Of a DNA stretch of 64,000 nt, positions 1-13,149 are shown in pieces. Source of the stretch: Eledone cirrhosa (lineage: Eukaryota); NCBI GenBank assembly GCA_964016885.1, contig OZ024742.1:301134001-301198000 (forward strand). The letters run 5' to 3'. How positions within the stretch are numbered: position 1 is the stretch's first letter; every line of letters starts with the position of its first letter. Both the position numbers and the translations under genes were made by a program. The notes below the pieces were generated by a model that made no database searches, had not been told where the DNA came from, and was given only the letters and a program-made list of their open reading frames with translations.

Positions 1-705
1 TTGGCACAAGGCCAGGAATTTGAAGGGAGAAAGTCGATTATATTGGTTCCAGTACGTGGTTGGAATTTTATTATATCAGCTCTGGAGAGATGAAAAGCTA
101 AGTCAACTTCGATGGGATTTGAATTGAGAACATAGACTGCTGGAACATAGACTGCTGAAACCGCAAACAATCGTGTTTAATGTTCTAACGATTCCGCTAA
201 TCCACCATCTTTATGCTTTCTAATTTAGATACATAATTAACAGTTTACGAAAAAGAGAAAGTGTTTTATATTGACCATAGAAATTTATTTTATTGATATC
301 GAAAGAATGAAAGGTAAATTTAACCGTGACAGAATATGAACTAGGAATGTAAAAAGCTGGCGAAAATAAAACATAAAACAGTAGATTCTCCACTGTAACC
401 AATCCGCCAACCCACCAACAATAATTATTTCTACTTTTGGCACAAGGCCAGCAATTATCCCAGTGCATTATTGAACAGTAATAATTGTTTCTAACATAGG
501 TACAACAATGATAGCAATGTTGGGAAGAGGATAGTCGATTTAATAGATCAAAATAATTCACTGATACTTTATTTTATCGACCTGGAATATTGCAAGACAA
601 AGCTAACCGCGGCTGCATTTGAATTCTGAACGTAAAAGGCTGTAACTAAATACTAGAAATCATTTTATCCGATGTTCTAACGATTCCATCAATCCACGGC
701 CCCTT
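1..705 (-). mobile_element. Cluster of older family A-related SINEs
   Basis: Three to four diverged copies (ggcacaaggcc...ttttatcgac...gatttgaa...aatccacc). Confidence 0.7.
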
Positions 706-1609
706 AAGCCACCAAACATAATGACACTCAACTACTCGAATGGTACGAGATATATATAATCAAATGATTATTAAATACCAATTTATCAATCTGTAACAGA
801 ACATCGAGGAAGAACTGAAAAATGTCTAGATAAGTGATACACTGATTTTCTCTGGAATGCATTGCTCTTTACCACACGTAATTAATGTATGAAATATATT
901 TGTACTGGCCAACTTTTGTATATCAGGTTTAAACAAGTCAACAAATCGCTAGACTAATTCAGTTTACGTGCAAACAAACCGCTGAAGTGTCAGACCAATT
1001 TAGTCCTCCCAACATATGATAAATGATAAATAGTTTCTAATTTAGGGACAAGACCAAATAAATGATAAATAGAGAAAGTAAAAACCGTACCATTTAGCTT
1101 TATGTGAAAAGTGTTTTGCATATGTTTCATACTTAAATACTTAAATTATACAACTAGATATATCATGCAAAACTTGAAACCAACGACAACTACAGAATAA
1201 CTCCTAGGAAAGTATAATTATATTTAAAAAAAAAAAAAATCAGGTGTGTAGAGGATCATAATGTGTTAGAATGGACGATGATGAGAAAAATGTTGGGAAA
1301 TGCTGCTGTAAAGTTTGCTGAATATATATATATATATATAAAATATATTAATAAATGGAAACTATATTTATTAATATATTGAATATTTACGCCAGTTAAC
1401 TGTTGAGCGCTTTATGTCAGTTATAAACTTTTAAGCTTGTTGGAATCCCAACAAATTAAATATAACTTATGCATATATATATATATATATTTTAAAATAA
1501 CAGAATAAAGTTTGAGCAAAGAATCGCTGCTCTACGGTTCTTATATATTTGATATATATTTATCCTTATCGAGCCCTCTTTGGATTTTAGTCTTCAAATT
1601 TATTATTAT

Positions 1610-1647
<38 letters not shown>

Positions 1648-1821
1648 GAGGAGAAATAAATATATACAGGAGGAGAAATATATATATATATATATATATA
1701 TATGCGTATACGCATAGAGCTTAACTAGCTACCGTCACATATTTGGTAGGTCAGACGTGATCATCGCGATTCACATACGACCTACCATACATCTTACTTA
1801 TATATATATATACAGGAGGAG

Positions 1822-1869
<48 letters not shown>

Positions 1870-3019
1870 GAGCAGAAATATATATATATGAGGAGAAATG
1901 TTCATACTTGTTTTAACTTCAAAATATCATGGCTGCATTTATCGTATGAATCATATAGGGAAGGATGGAAGTGACTTATATCCAGGGTACTGCTACTTCT
2001 CCCTTTCATCTTCCTTTGAATGCTTAATGATAAAACGTATGCAGCAGCTGAAAAGTAAAGTTTCTGCTGACTATGTCATTGGCTTTTATTTGTTCAATAC
2101 AAGAATTATAAAAAGCATTTTGCTGCAAACTCACACATAGATACATACATACATACATACATATACATACATACGTACGTACACACATGCATACATACAC
2201 ACGCATATATATTCACACAAACATATATGTACAAAAACACTCATCAGAAATATACACAACTTATACGCGTATCTGTGCATGCATGCGTGTATCGCTGTAT
2301 ATGTATTCACACAAACCAACATATACGTTCGTTAAGTGTTTTATTGTTCATCATATATTTTACACTCCCTGTACCGTTCTGTGGATTCTAGTCTCAATTT
2401 CACATATTATATATTTCCTGAAATCAAATGCAATCTAATTAGCCAGCAGGAACCAAAAATGCTGAAATGCTATTAAACCTATAATTAAGATTTAAAAAAA
2501 AAAAAAAAAAGTACTTTTTGTTTTCATTATTTCTTATTGAATCTAGCGTTGTTGAATTGTTTTTTTCCATCCAATGGTTCACTAGTTAAATTCTGTTTCA
2601 TGTGTGCTGCACATAAATTCTGCAGAAATACCTTCCTTTCAATATATGGGGTAAAACAGAACAATAAAAGTAAATACAAATATAAGTAAAACATTTAACA
2701 TCGAGAAATCTGGATATATTAATTTCGTTCAATCTAAAACGCATGGTGCAAGGAAACAAAATTGTTCGAGAACACGCCCGCATTAATATATATATATATA
2801 TATATATACACATGCCATACTAAATATGTGTATATGTATATATATGTGTGTGTGTATAAATAGAAACAACCATCTATGCATGATGTATGAATAGATTATA
2901 TACTTATATATTGGTGTATATATAATTACATGCACACATACACTGGGCCTTTTCTTTCTTATACTGGCTTTCTGTCATAGGTGAAACTCCAGATTAACAC
3001 GATTTATTATTTAGTCATT

Positions 3020-3196
3020 TTGGCAGTATCGGTAGAGGGTCGGACGCCATGCTTTCCAGCATAGTTACGTCCTTTTACGATCTGAGTTCAAATCCTGCCG
3101 ACGTTGACTTTGCCTTTCATCCTTACGGGGTCGATAAAATAGAGTACCAGTAATGCACTGGGTAATTGCTTGCATTGTGTCTAAAGTAGAAACAAT

Positions 3197-3199
<3 letters not shown>
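3020..3199 (+). mobile_element. tRNA-derived SINE, family A (~185 bp)
   Basis: A-box-like TGGCAGTATCGG, B box GAGTTCAAATCC, central GCCTTTCATCCTTACGGGGTCGATAAAATA.AGTACCAG (resembles the Meta-SINE domain; unverified), tail AGAAACAATTAT. More than 12 copies in the window. Confidence 0.88.
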
Positions 3200-3281
<82 letters not shown>

Positions 3282-3285
<4 letters not shown>

Positions 3286-3371
3286 TTGAGGTTGGTAATG
3301 GCACATGGAATATATAAGACACAGTATTCTGTCTCTTATATATTCCATGTGCCATTACGAACCTCAATTTT
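3282..3371. repeat. 90-nt near-perfect inverted repeat (hairpin)
   Basis: 38-bp arms with one mismatch, then a C:C mismatch, ACAG/CTGT and a TATT loop. Confidence 0.95.
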
Positions 3372-3613
3372 ATCTATAACCTTCGTTTTGTGTAGTAAAT
3401 TACACTTTTCATATATATATATATATATATATATGAAAAGTGTAATAATGAATATATATATATATAGTGACACCCTCGGAACTCTCTTCCCACCCACTTT
3501 TCTCTAGAAGAAGGGCTTATGTCCGAAACGTCATCAACACCCCCACTCTCAAGAGCGTGAAACTAATAAACCTTTGTTTATACTGCCTCTCTCTTTTGTT
3601 CCCGTTCCATTTT

Positions 3614-3651
<38 letters not shown>

Positions 3652-4087
3652 GTGTGTATGTGTATTTATATGTGAGTATGTGTGTGTGTGTCTCTCTCTC
3701 TCACTCTCTCTCTCTAGAGAGAGAGAGAGGGATTGTGTGTATGTTAAGGGCTACATTGTATGAATGCAATAAAATAAAAGAAACCAAAACAGAATTAGCA
3801 GAACCACCACAATAAAAAGTACTTCCTTCGGGCTTGATATTATTGCAAATCATTAAAGTTCAATTAATATCCCATTAAGCTTTATAATCATCAACTTTGA
3901 TGTATACTGAGATACTTAGGTACGTACGTACATACATACACAAACATACATGTATACACACATACATATACATAAACATATATATATACACACACAGCCA
4001 TATATATATATACTGACACACACACACATACACACATACATATATATAGAACTATAAACATATAAATATATATATATATATATATAT

Positions 4088-4147
<60 letters not shown>

Positions 4148-4317
4148 TTATACGCGCAAAAACACCTATGTATATACTCAAATATATGCATATATGTGTG
4201 TGTGTATATTTAATATAGAAAAAGCTTCTAAAGGACTAGAACCGTTTCATTTGAGAGAAATAATCAGGAAGCCGACTGTCCAAGTAATATGGTGGTATTT
4301 ATATATTTTCGGGTGGG

Positions 4318-4442
4318 GATTGGGATGGGTGGAGGTCATTGGTAGCCCATCAACCAATGACCTCCACCCATCCCAATCAACCAATGACCTCCACCCATCC
4401 CAATCAACCAATGTCTCCACCCATCCAATCAACCTCCACCCA
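4318..4442. repeat. 27-bp unit present once inverted and ~3.5 times in tandem
   Basis: GATTGGGATGGGTGGAGGTCATTGGT faces repeats of ACCAATGACCTCCACCCATCCCAATCA. Confidence 0.9.
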
Positions 4443-5446
4443 TTCCTTCCAGACATAACCTACTCACACTACGAGTTGATATCCCTAAACTAGAAATCCT
4501 TATATACAATTAGTATTGCCGTGACGATAGTAATGAGGGTGGTAGCGTTGAACGTATTGCTGGTATCGAGTTGAATAAATAATACACCAACAACAAAACA
4601 GAAAACAACAAAAACAATCAGATTGTTCATTAACCTCCAGTAATCCCATAAATTTAATGTAGGGGGCGGAGTTTGCAGGAATTTTATTTCGTTTGCCTAA
4701 TTCTTTACTTATGAAGTTCTTTCTAAGCAACACTCTAACGGCTCTGCCAATTCACGTTTTGGTTCAAACCGAATGATAAAAATCAAAGTCTTCACATTTT
4801 CTTAAACCCATATTTTACTATATAACTTCTCAATGGAAACATCTGTTGAGTTAATTGAAATGTCAAGCAAGAGGCCAAGAGAAATACAGAAATACTTAAT
4901 TCCATAAATCTTAACAAACGTTTTCAGAAATGTCTTCGCTGTATTCTAATGTAGCAGAATGACCTTTACTAAGATAAAAATATCTTATGTGATTATACGA
5001 ATACAAAATGTACGCAGAAGAATTTTAACATAGTTCTAAATTGCTGAAGAATATTTAAAGGTATTCATGAAGCTGTCTCAGTTTGGTTCCAACAGATAAC
5101 CTACAGTAAAGGAAAAGTTGCCGAGTAAAATTTTAATTACCGTAAATGATGCTTTGTGTCTAGTGTATTTGTATTGTTCCATTATAAAAGCACTTTAGTG
5201 TCTGAAAAATTAAAAATCTGCACACGAATTTATATAATAATGAATCTACTGGATTTCTGTGTCCGCCTGTCACACATGAACACAATAATCTCATAAAATT
5301 CTTTTAAAATGTTTTATTCCGAATTCAAGAAGTACATTTAATAGTAGAATAAGAACGTGTGAATGCGGGGGTGGGGGTGTTGTGTGTTTAAATGTTCGAA
5401 AATTATTTCATTTATACTAGGAACCAACAGCGTCTACTGATAGTGT

Positions 5447-5521
<75 letters not shown>

Positions 5522-5984
5522 TAGTTAATATGTATGTATATGACTAGGTATATATATATATATATGTGTATATATATATATATATATAGTTATATATATG
5601 ACTAGGTATATATATATAGTGTGTGTGTATATGTGTGTATCGTCAGTCGATCAACTTTTGTCAAATCAGACCGAGGAAACAATGTTTCCATTGGTCTTTC
5701 CAATTGCTAATACTATCTATCGGTAGCAAATTCAGGTAGAAGGAGCGACGTGAAATAAAGTGTCTTGCCCAAGGACACATCGCACCGCCCGATGCGGAAT
5801 CGAATTCCCAACCTCACGATTGCGTACCCAATTCTCTAACCACTCAGCCACGAGCCTTCATATGTGTGTATATATAAATTGACGAAGGGATATATGTAAT
5901 CCAAAAATTCAGGTTTGTAAAAAGTTCGAACAGCAAACAGAATATTATTTTCTTGCGCAAAACAATGGATTACGTACTTGGAAT

Positions 5985-6380
5985 AAATGTTTCTACTATT
6001 GGCACAAGGCCCGCAATTACCCAGTACATTACTGGTACTTTATTTTATCGACCCCGTAAGGATGAAAGGCAAAGTTAACCTCGGCGGGATTTGAACTCAG
6101 AATGGCAAGGGCCGTAACTCTATGCGTCAAAGCATGGCGTCCGACCCTCTACCGATACTGCCAATTCACCGCCTTTTATGTACTTGGAATAATTGTTTCT
6201 ACGTTTTGGCACAATGCCAGCAGTTATCCCAGTGTATTACTGTTACTTTATTTTATCGCCCCCGTAAGGATGAAAGGCAACGTTAACCTCGGCGGGATTT
6301 GAACTCAGTCCGTAAAGGGACGTAACTGTGCTACAAAGCATGGCGTCCGACCCTCTACCGATACTGCCAATCCACCGCCC
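5985..6380 (-). mobile_element. Two tandem family A SINEs
   Basis: Full monomers at ~5985-6173 and ~6190-6380. Confidence 0.9.
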
Positions 6381-6894
6381 CTATGTACTTGGAATAATGA
6401 TATATGAAGAGGCAGTGTTTTTTAGATAGTATTCTACTGCGAGGTATAACGTGATATGCAAGTGAAAAATTGTTTTCATTTACAATTAAATGAGCATGCA
6501 ACGAGGAACAACTAAATTTCAAACTGTCACTACAGAAGGGTGTAAACATATAATATGCATCAATTATAATGTCAGTTTCTGTTCTGCTGGATACTTTGCT
6601 AAGTTCGAGAGGGCTAAATTATAGACACATACCCTCGATTCGCAATAAATCAATAAATGCAATGAAAATAAAATTAATTGAAAACAATCTGCAGGCGTAC
6701 AAAATGATTTTCTATTGTATATTACTAATTTATAGTTTCAAGTTAGTTTATGGTATTTTAAATATAAGAATTACAGGAGTTGGTGCAGTAATGTCCAGCT
6801 TCAGCACTCGATTATCAAAAGAATAGGGAGAGGTGTAAAATTTAAACTCGATTTCGTTCATGTTGCCTACTCCTATCTGTGCTCATGAATCTTT

Positions 6895-7090
6895 TATAAT
6901 TGTTTCTACTTTTAGGCACAAGGCCAGCAATTACCCAGTGCATTACTGGTACTTTATTTTATCGACCCCGTAAGGATGAAAGGCAAAGATAACCTCGGCG
7001 GGATTTGAACTCAGAATAGCAAAGGCCGTAACTCTATACGTCAAAGCATGGCATCCGACCCTCTACCAATACTGCCATTCTACCACCCTT
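6895..7090 (-). mobile_element. Family A SINE
   Basis: Full-length match to the other copies. Confidence 0.88.
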
Positions 7091-7104
7091 ATAAAGATAG
7101 AAAA

Positions 7105-7310
7105 GAATATAATCACAAATACAAGTGGCTGAAATGGGGGTCCTCCGAAGGATATTTGAAGTGTGTTTAACTCAGAGATCAGGGAGTTTCTGCATCGAGG
7201 GATGAGAGCTACGGTTCTACGGTTATGTTGTTGGAATATCTAAAGAAAGAATCGTTGGACAGATTTTACGGGCAAATCCAACCGGCAGGAGATTCATGAG
7301 CAAAAAGGTC
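7105..7310 (+). mobile_element. Short fragment of the same older RTE family as 13.6-14.3 kb
   Basis: Reads IQVAEMGVLRRIF and KERIVGQILRANPTGRR. Confidence 0.65.
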
Positions 7311-7447
7311 GGATAACATTTATTGTATATATAGTCAATAAATTGTAATACTTCAGAGTACACAGACCTACACGTATATATAACGTCGTGTTCTCTATCC
7401 TGCATACACCAGAATCGGTTGATTAATTAACACATTATGTACCATAA

Positions 7448-7635
7448 TGGAGGATTGGCAGTATCAGTAGAAGGTCGGACGCCATGCTTTGTAGAATAGT
7501 TTTACGGCCATTTACGGTATGAGTTCAAATCCCACCGAGGTTCACTTTGCCTTTCACTTATTGGGTCGATAAAATTAAGTACCAGTAATGTACTGGAATA
7601 ATTGCTGGCCTTGTGCCAAAAGTAGAAACAATTAT
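7448..7635 (+). mobile_element. Family A SINE
   Basis: Full-length match, inverted relative to 6895-7090. Confidence 0.88.
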
Positions 7636-7749
7636 ATACCATATATATACATACACGCATACACACACACGCACACACACACACACACACACACATACAC
7701 ATACACATACATATACATATACATATACATATATATATATATATATTAT

Positions 7750-8217
7750 ATATTTCGTTTCTGAATTTGTTTAGCAAGATTCTTTATCTGAAATCGTGTG
7801 TTGAAACCGATATTGTTATACTTTGGGAGGGTCATGTTGCCAATAAGAAACACACGCACCAGTTGCTTTCACTTCAGTTTATTATAATAAGTTTATAAAT
7901 TTCTGGTTGGTTGGTTGGTTCCACAACCAGATAGTTGTTTATACATAGTCATAGTTATTTCGTCACACACTCTGTGACCTCTTCAGTGACTGGGGATTCC
8001 TTTCTTTGTTTCTGTGCCTCTCCTTTGTTCTGTCCTACGCCATTTTGTTTCTGTGTGTGTGTTGTGTGCTCAGAGTGTGTGACGAAAGAACTATGACTAT
8101 GTATAAACAACCAGAAATTTATAAATTTATTATAAATTTATTATAATAAATTGAAATGAAAGCAACTGGTGCGTGTGTTTCTTATTGGTAACATGACCCT
8201 CCCAAAGTATAACAATA
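7750..8217. mobile_element. TA-embedded fold-back element with a minimal hammerhead motif (Penelope pseudo-LTR-like); related copy at ~32850-33120
   Basis: ~160-bp inverted arms (7811-7974 and 8070-8217). Minus strand reads AGTCA-CTGAAGA-G-GTCAC-agagtgt-GTGAC-GAAA-TAACTA-TGACT. Confidence 0.7.
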
Positions 8218-8400
8218 TATAATATATAGTTATGTAATAAACAACATAAGGCAATTATTTCATTTACCATTGGTTTATTAAAAGCAAAAAAAAATTTGCT
8301 TTCAATCATTAGAATGAAAAAATCCTGGTGTATTTATTGGCGTTGGATTCTCCTGGACTTTTCCGACGGAATTACTTCATTTATAATATATATATATATA

Positions 8401-9330
8401 TAGTAATAATAATAAATTTGAAGACTAAAATCCAAAGAGGGCTCGATAAGGATAAATATATATCAAATATATAAGAACCGTAGAGCAAATATTTATTAAA
8501 ATAACAGATTAAAGTTTAAGCAAAGAATCGCTGCTTTCACCCTTAACGGGATCTTCTGAAACTAATAAAGTCAATCTGTAAACGCAGAAGTGGATATTTC
8601 AAAAAACGTTGCAACCGGAGGAAGACAGGAAGACGATACTTTGGTTCGTGGTAACGTTCGCTGGCAAAGAAGGGGAAAAAACGAATATAATACGTCATTA
8701 ATAGGAGCGGTGAAAAACAATTACGCGCAAAGACAGAACCACGTTTATGGTATAAAAGAGGTCGTAGACTAATGTTCTCTTAGGTGGTTCATAGAGACGT
8801 TCTCTGGCAATGAAGGGAAAAAACGAAAATAATACGTCATATGTGGAGCGTGGAGAACAATTGCACGCAAAGACAAAACCACGTAAATGGTATAGCAGAA
8901 GTCGTAGACTAAAATTCTAACTAGGAGATCGAATGAATCTCCGCTACAGACTTAAGAATAAAGTAAATAAATACAATACAGAAATGAAGTAAATACATAC
9001 ACGCATACAAAATGTGTGCGCTTGTTATATACATATTTATTTATTCATATACGTTTATATACGTTTATTTAATTATTTATTTATTTGTATACACGCACAC
9101 ACACACACACACACATATTTATATGTGCGTGGTTTTGGATACCTATGGTAAGTGTTTTCGCTATTACTTGTGTATGTACGTTTTTATATGCGTGTATGTA
9201 ATTATTTAATTTGTATTACCTCTGTTATTTTAATAAATATTTGCTCTACGGTTCTTATAGATTTGATATATATTTATCCTTATCGAGCCCTCTTTGGATT
9301 TTAGTCTTCAAATTTATTATTATTACTATA
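8401..9330. mobile_element. TA-embedded non-coding element with ~108-bp terminal inverted repeats; related pieces at 1493-1613 and 36865-37088
   Basis: 8401-8508 is the reverse complement of ~9221-9330. Internal ~144-bp tandem duplication (8654-8925). Confidence 0.75.
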
Positions 9331-11231
9331 TATTATATATATATATATATTATATATATTATATATATATATTATATATATTATATATATATATTATATA
9401 TATTATATTTATATATATTATATATATATATATTATATATATATATATTATATATATACATATTATATATATATATTATATAAATTATATATATATATAT
9501 TATATATATTATATATATATATTATATATATACTATATATATATATATTATATATATATATATATTATATAATGGGCCTTCACTCTACATCAGACTATAG
9601 GTGAGGAAGATGAAAGACCAAGGGAGCACCCCTTCTCTGTGCTCCTGAGGAGAAGGGTTGCACACTTTTTTCGGGGGTGTGTGCGACCCCCCAAGGCGCC
9701 TCCTCTCTATTGAGGATTTTGTTAAAAAAAATTTTATTTTTTGTTATATCTTATTTTATTTTTATATTTTGTTATTGCCTCCTCCTTATTGAGGACGCCT
9801 TTTTGTGTAAACTCCCCCCTTTGTACTTGTCCCACTTTTGATGCCCTAGTGGCAAATAAAAGAAATATATATTATATATATATATATTATATATATATAT
9901 TATATATATATATTATATATATATATATTATATATATATATATTATATATATATATTATATATATATATATTATATATATATTATATATATATATATTAT
10001 ATATATATATTATATATATATATTATATATATATTTTATATATATATTATTTATATATATATTATATATATTATATATATATTATATATATTATATATAT
10101 ATTATATATATTATATATATATTATATATATTATATATATATTATATATATTATATATATATTATATATATATTATATATATTATATATATTATATATAT
10201 ATTATATATATTATATATATATTATATATATTATATATATATTATATATATTATATATATATTATATATATATTATATATATATTATATATATATTATAT
10301 ATATTATATATATATTATATATATATTATATATTAAATATATTTATATTATATATATATATATTATATATATATTATATATTATATATATATATATTATA
10401 TATATATTATATATTAAATATATTTATATTATATATATATTATATATTATATATATATATATATTATATATATATTATATATATAATATATAATATTATA
10501 TTATATATATATTATATTATATTATATTATATATATATATATATTATATATATATTATATTATATATATATTATATATATATATATATATTATATATTAT
10601 ATATATTATATTATATATATATATATTATATTATATATATATATATTATATATTATATATTATATTATATATATATATTATATATTATATATATTATATA
10701 TATATTATATATTATAAATATTATATATATATTACATATATATTATATATATATTATATATTATAAATATTATATATATATTATATACATATTATATATA
10801 TTTATATATTATATATATTATATATATATATATTATATAGTTTATATATATTATATATATTATATATATATTATATATAAATATATATATATATATTATA
10901 TAGTTTATATATATTATATATATTATATAGTTTATATATATTATATATATTATATAGTTTATATATATTATATATATATTATATATAAATATATTATATA
11001 GTTTATATATATTATATATATTATATAGTTTATATATATTATATATATTATATAGTTTATATATATTATATATATTATATAGTTTATATATATTATATAT
11101 AATTTATATATATTATATATATTATATAGTTTATATATATTATATATATTATATAGTTTATATATATTATATATTATATATATATTTATATATATATATA
11201 TTATTTATATTATATATATTATATATATAAT

Positions 11232-11262
<31 letters not shown>

Positions 11263-11433
11263 GTTTTTATATATTATATATATTATATAGTTTATATATA
11301 TTATATATATTATATATATATTATATATATATTATATAGTTTATATATATTATATAGTTTATATATATTATATATATTATATAGTTTATATATATTATAT
11401 ATATATATATTTTATATATATTATTATATTATA

Positions 11434-11477
<44 letters not shown>

Positions 11478-13149
11478 ATATATATTAAATATATTATATA
11501 TATTATTTATATTGTATATATATGATGTTATATATATTGTATATATATTATATATATTATATATATATTGTATATATATTATATATATATTATATATATA
11601 TTATATATATTATATATATTATATATATATATATATTGTATATATATTATATATATTATATATATTATTATATATATATTATATGTATAATATATATTAT
11701 ATATATATTTATATATATTATATATATATTATATATATTATATATATATTATATATATATTATATATATATATTATATACATATTATATATATTTATATA
11801 TATATATTATATACATATTATATATATTATATATATATATTATATACATATTATATATATATATTATATATATATATTATATATATATTATATATATATA
11901 TTATATATATATTATATATTATATATATTATATATTTATTATATATATTATATTATATATATATATTATATATTATATATATTATTATATATTATATATA
12001 TATATATTATATATATTGTATATATATTATATATATTATATATATATTATATATCTATCTATCTATCTAAGGCGGGAAAAATCCCGAGATCCATGGACGA
12101 GTTCTCTCCAGCGGTCTCTGTCCCGCATTATCACTGCCATATGCTGCATCTCCAACAGACCAGTGTCTGTCCTTAGGGCATCAACATATGTTAACCTTGG
12201 TCTTCCACTTCTAGTGTGAGCCCAAGTCATTACACCTGATGGGATGACAGAGTTCTTTGAGATACTGGCTGGAGTGCTCCAGAGAGATACATTGGCTCCC
12301 TACCTTTTTATCATCGCAGGACTCTGGCTTTACTGTAGCACCGGCTCAGAGCAGGAGAGTTGGGGCGAAAAAGGAATCGGATGCTGAATTTGCCGACGAC
12401 ATAGTTTTGGTGACAAATACAGTGAAGGAGGCAGAGGATTTGATGCGGGAGGTTGAGACCGTGTCGATGAGTGTGGGGCTGAGAATGAATGAGACTAAAA
12501 CAAAATATCTGGTAGAGAATGTTGAGAAGCCAGAGGGGATCACTAATGTAGGCGGGAAGCAGCTGGAATTGGTTGAGGACTTCCTGTATTTGGGAGCAAA
12601 GATTGGGAATAAGGAAGATGATGTGGTTGAGAGGGAAGAGCAAGGCCTGGGCGGCGTGTCACAGCTTGAGGTCGGTGTGGGGGTCGGACCTTCGTAGAGA
12701 CCTGAAAATCCGCCTCTTCATTGCTGTAGTGGAGTCTGTGCTGCTGTATGGGTCTGAGACTTGGACACTGACCAAGAGACTCACTCAAATGGTGGATGGG
12801 TGCTACACGAGAAGGCTGAGGATGGCTCTGAACATTAATCAGTATAACACTGAGGATGAAAAACTCAGAGCTGTATGGGAGCATCCCAAAAGTCAGCTCA
12901 AAAGTGACACAGAGAAGACTGAGGTTGGCTGGACATGCCCACCGACATCCAGAGTTGACATTGCACTCAGTGCTCCTTTGGGAGCCCCCTACATATTATA
13001 TATATATTATATATATTATATATATTATATATATATATTATATATATTATATATATATTATATATATTATATATATATTATATATATTATATATATTATA
13101 TATATTATATATATATATATTATATATATATATATATATTATATATAAT
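9330..13149. repeat. Large imperfect (TA)n/(TATAT)n array interrupted by two inserts
   Basis: Almost pure A/T, with inserts at 9572-9866 and 12064-12990. Runs into the gap. Confidence 0.97.
12064..12990. mobile_element. RTE-X/Proto2-like LINE fragment with 5' inversion, embedded in the TA array
   Basis: + strand ~12220-12990 reads TPDGMTEFFEILAGVLQRDTLAPYLF, FADD, FLYLG, LLYGSETW, LRLAGH and LLWEP. - strand ~12218-12064 reads RSGRPRLTYVDALRTDTGL...MRDRDRWRELV*, followed by a (GATA)n tail. Confidence 0.88.

Noticed and set aside
3020-3100. A/B-box sequences as tRNA genes
   Set aside because: They are SINE heads: no complete cloverleaf, and always followed by the SINE body.
4660-4672. GC box (GGGGCGGAG) as an SCD promoter element
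   Set aside because: Isolated motif among SINE remnants, across an assembly gap from the gene, with no exon or donor identified.
9211-12219. Long Y/I-rich ORFs (up to 250 aa)
   Set aside because: Translations of the (TA)n array with no coding signature.
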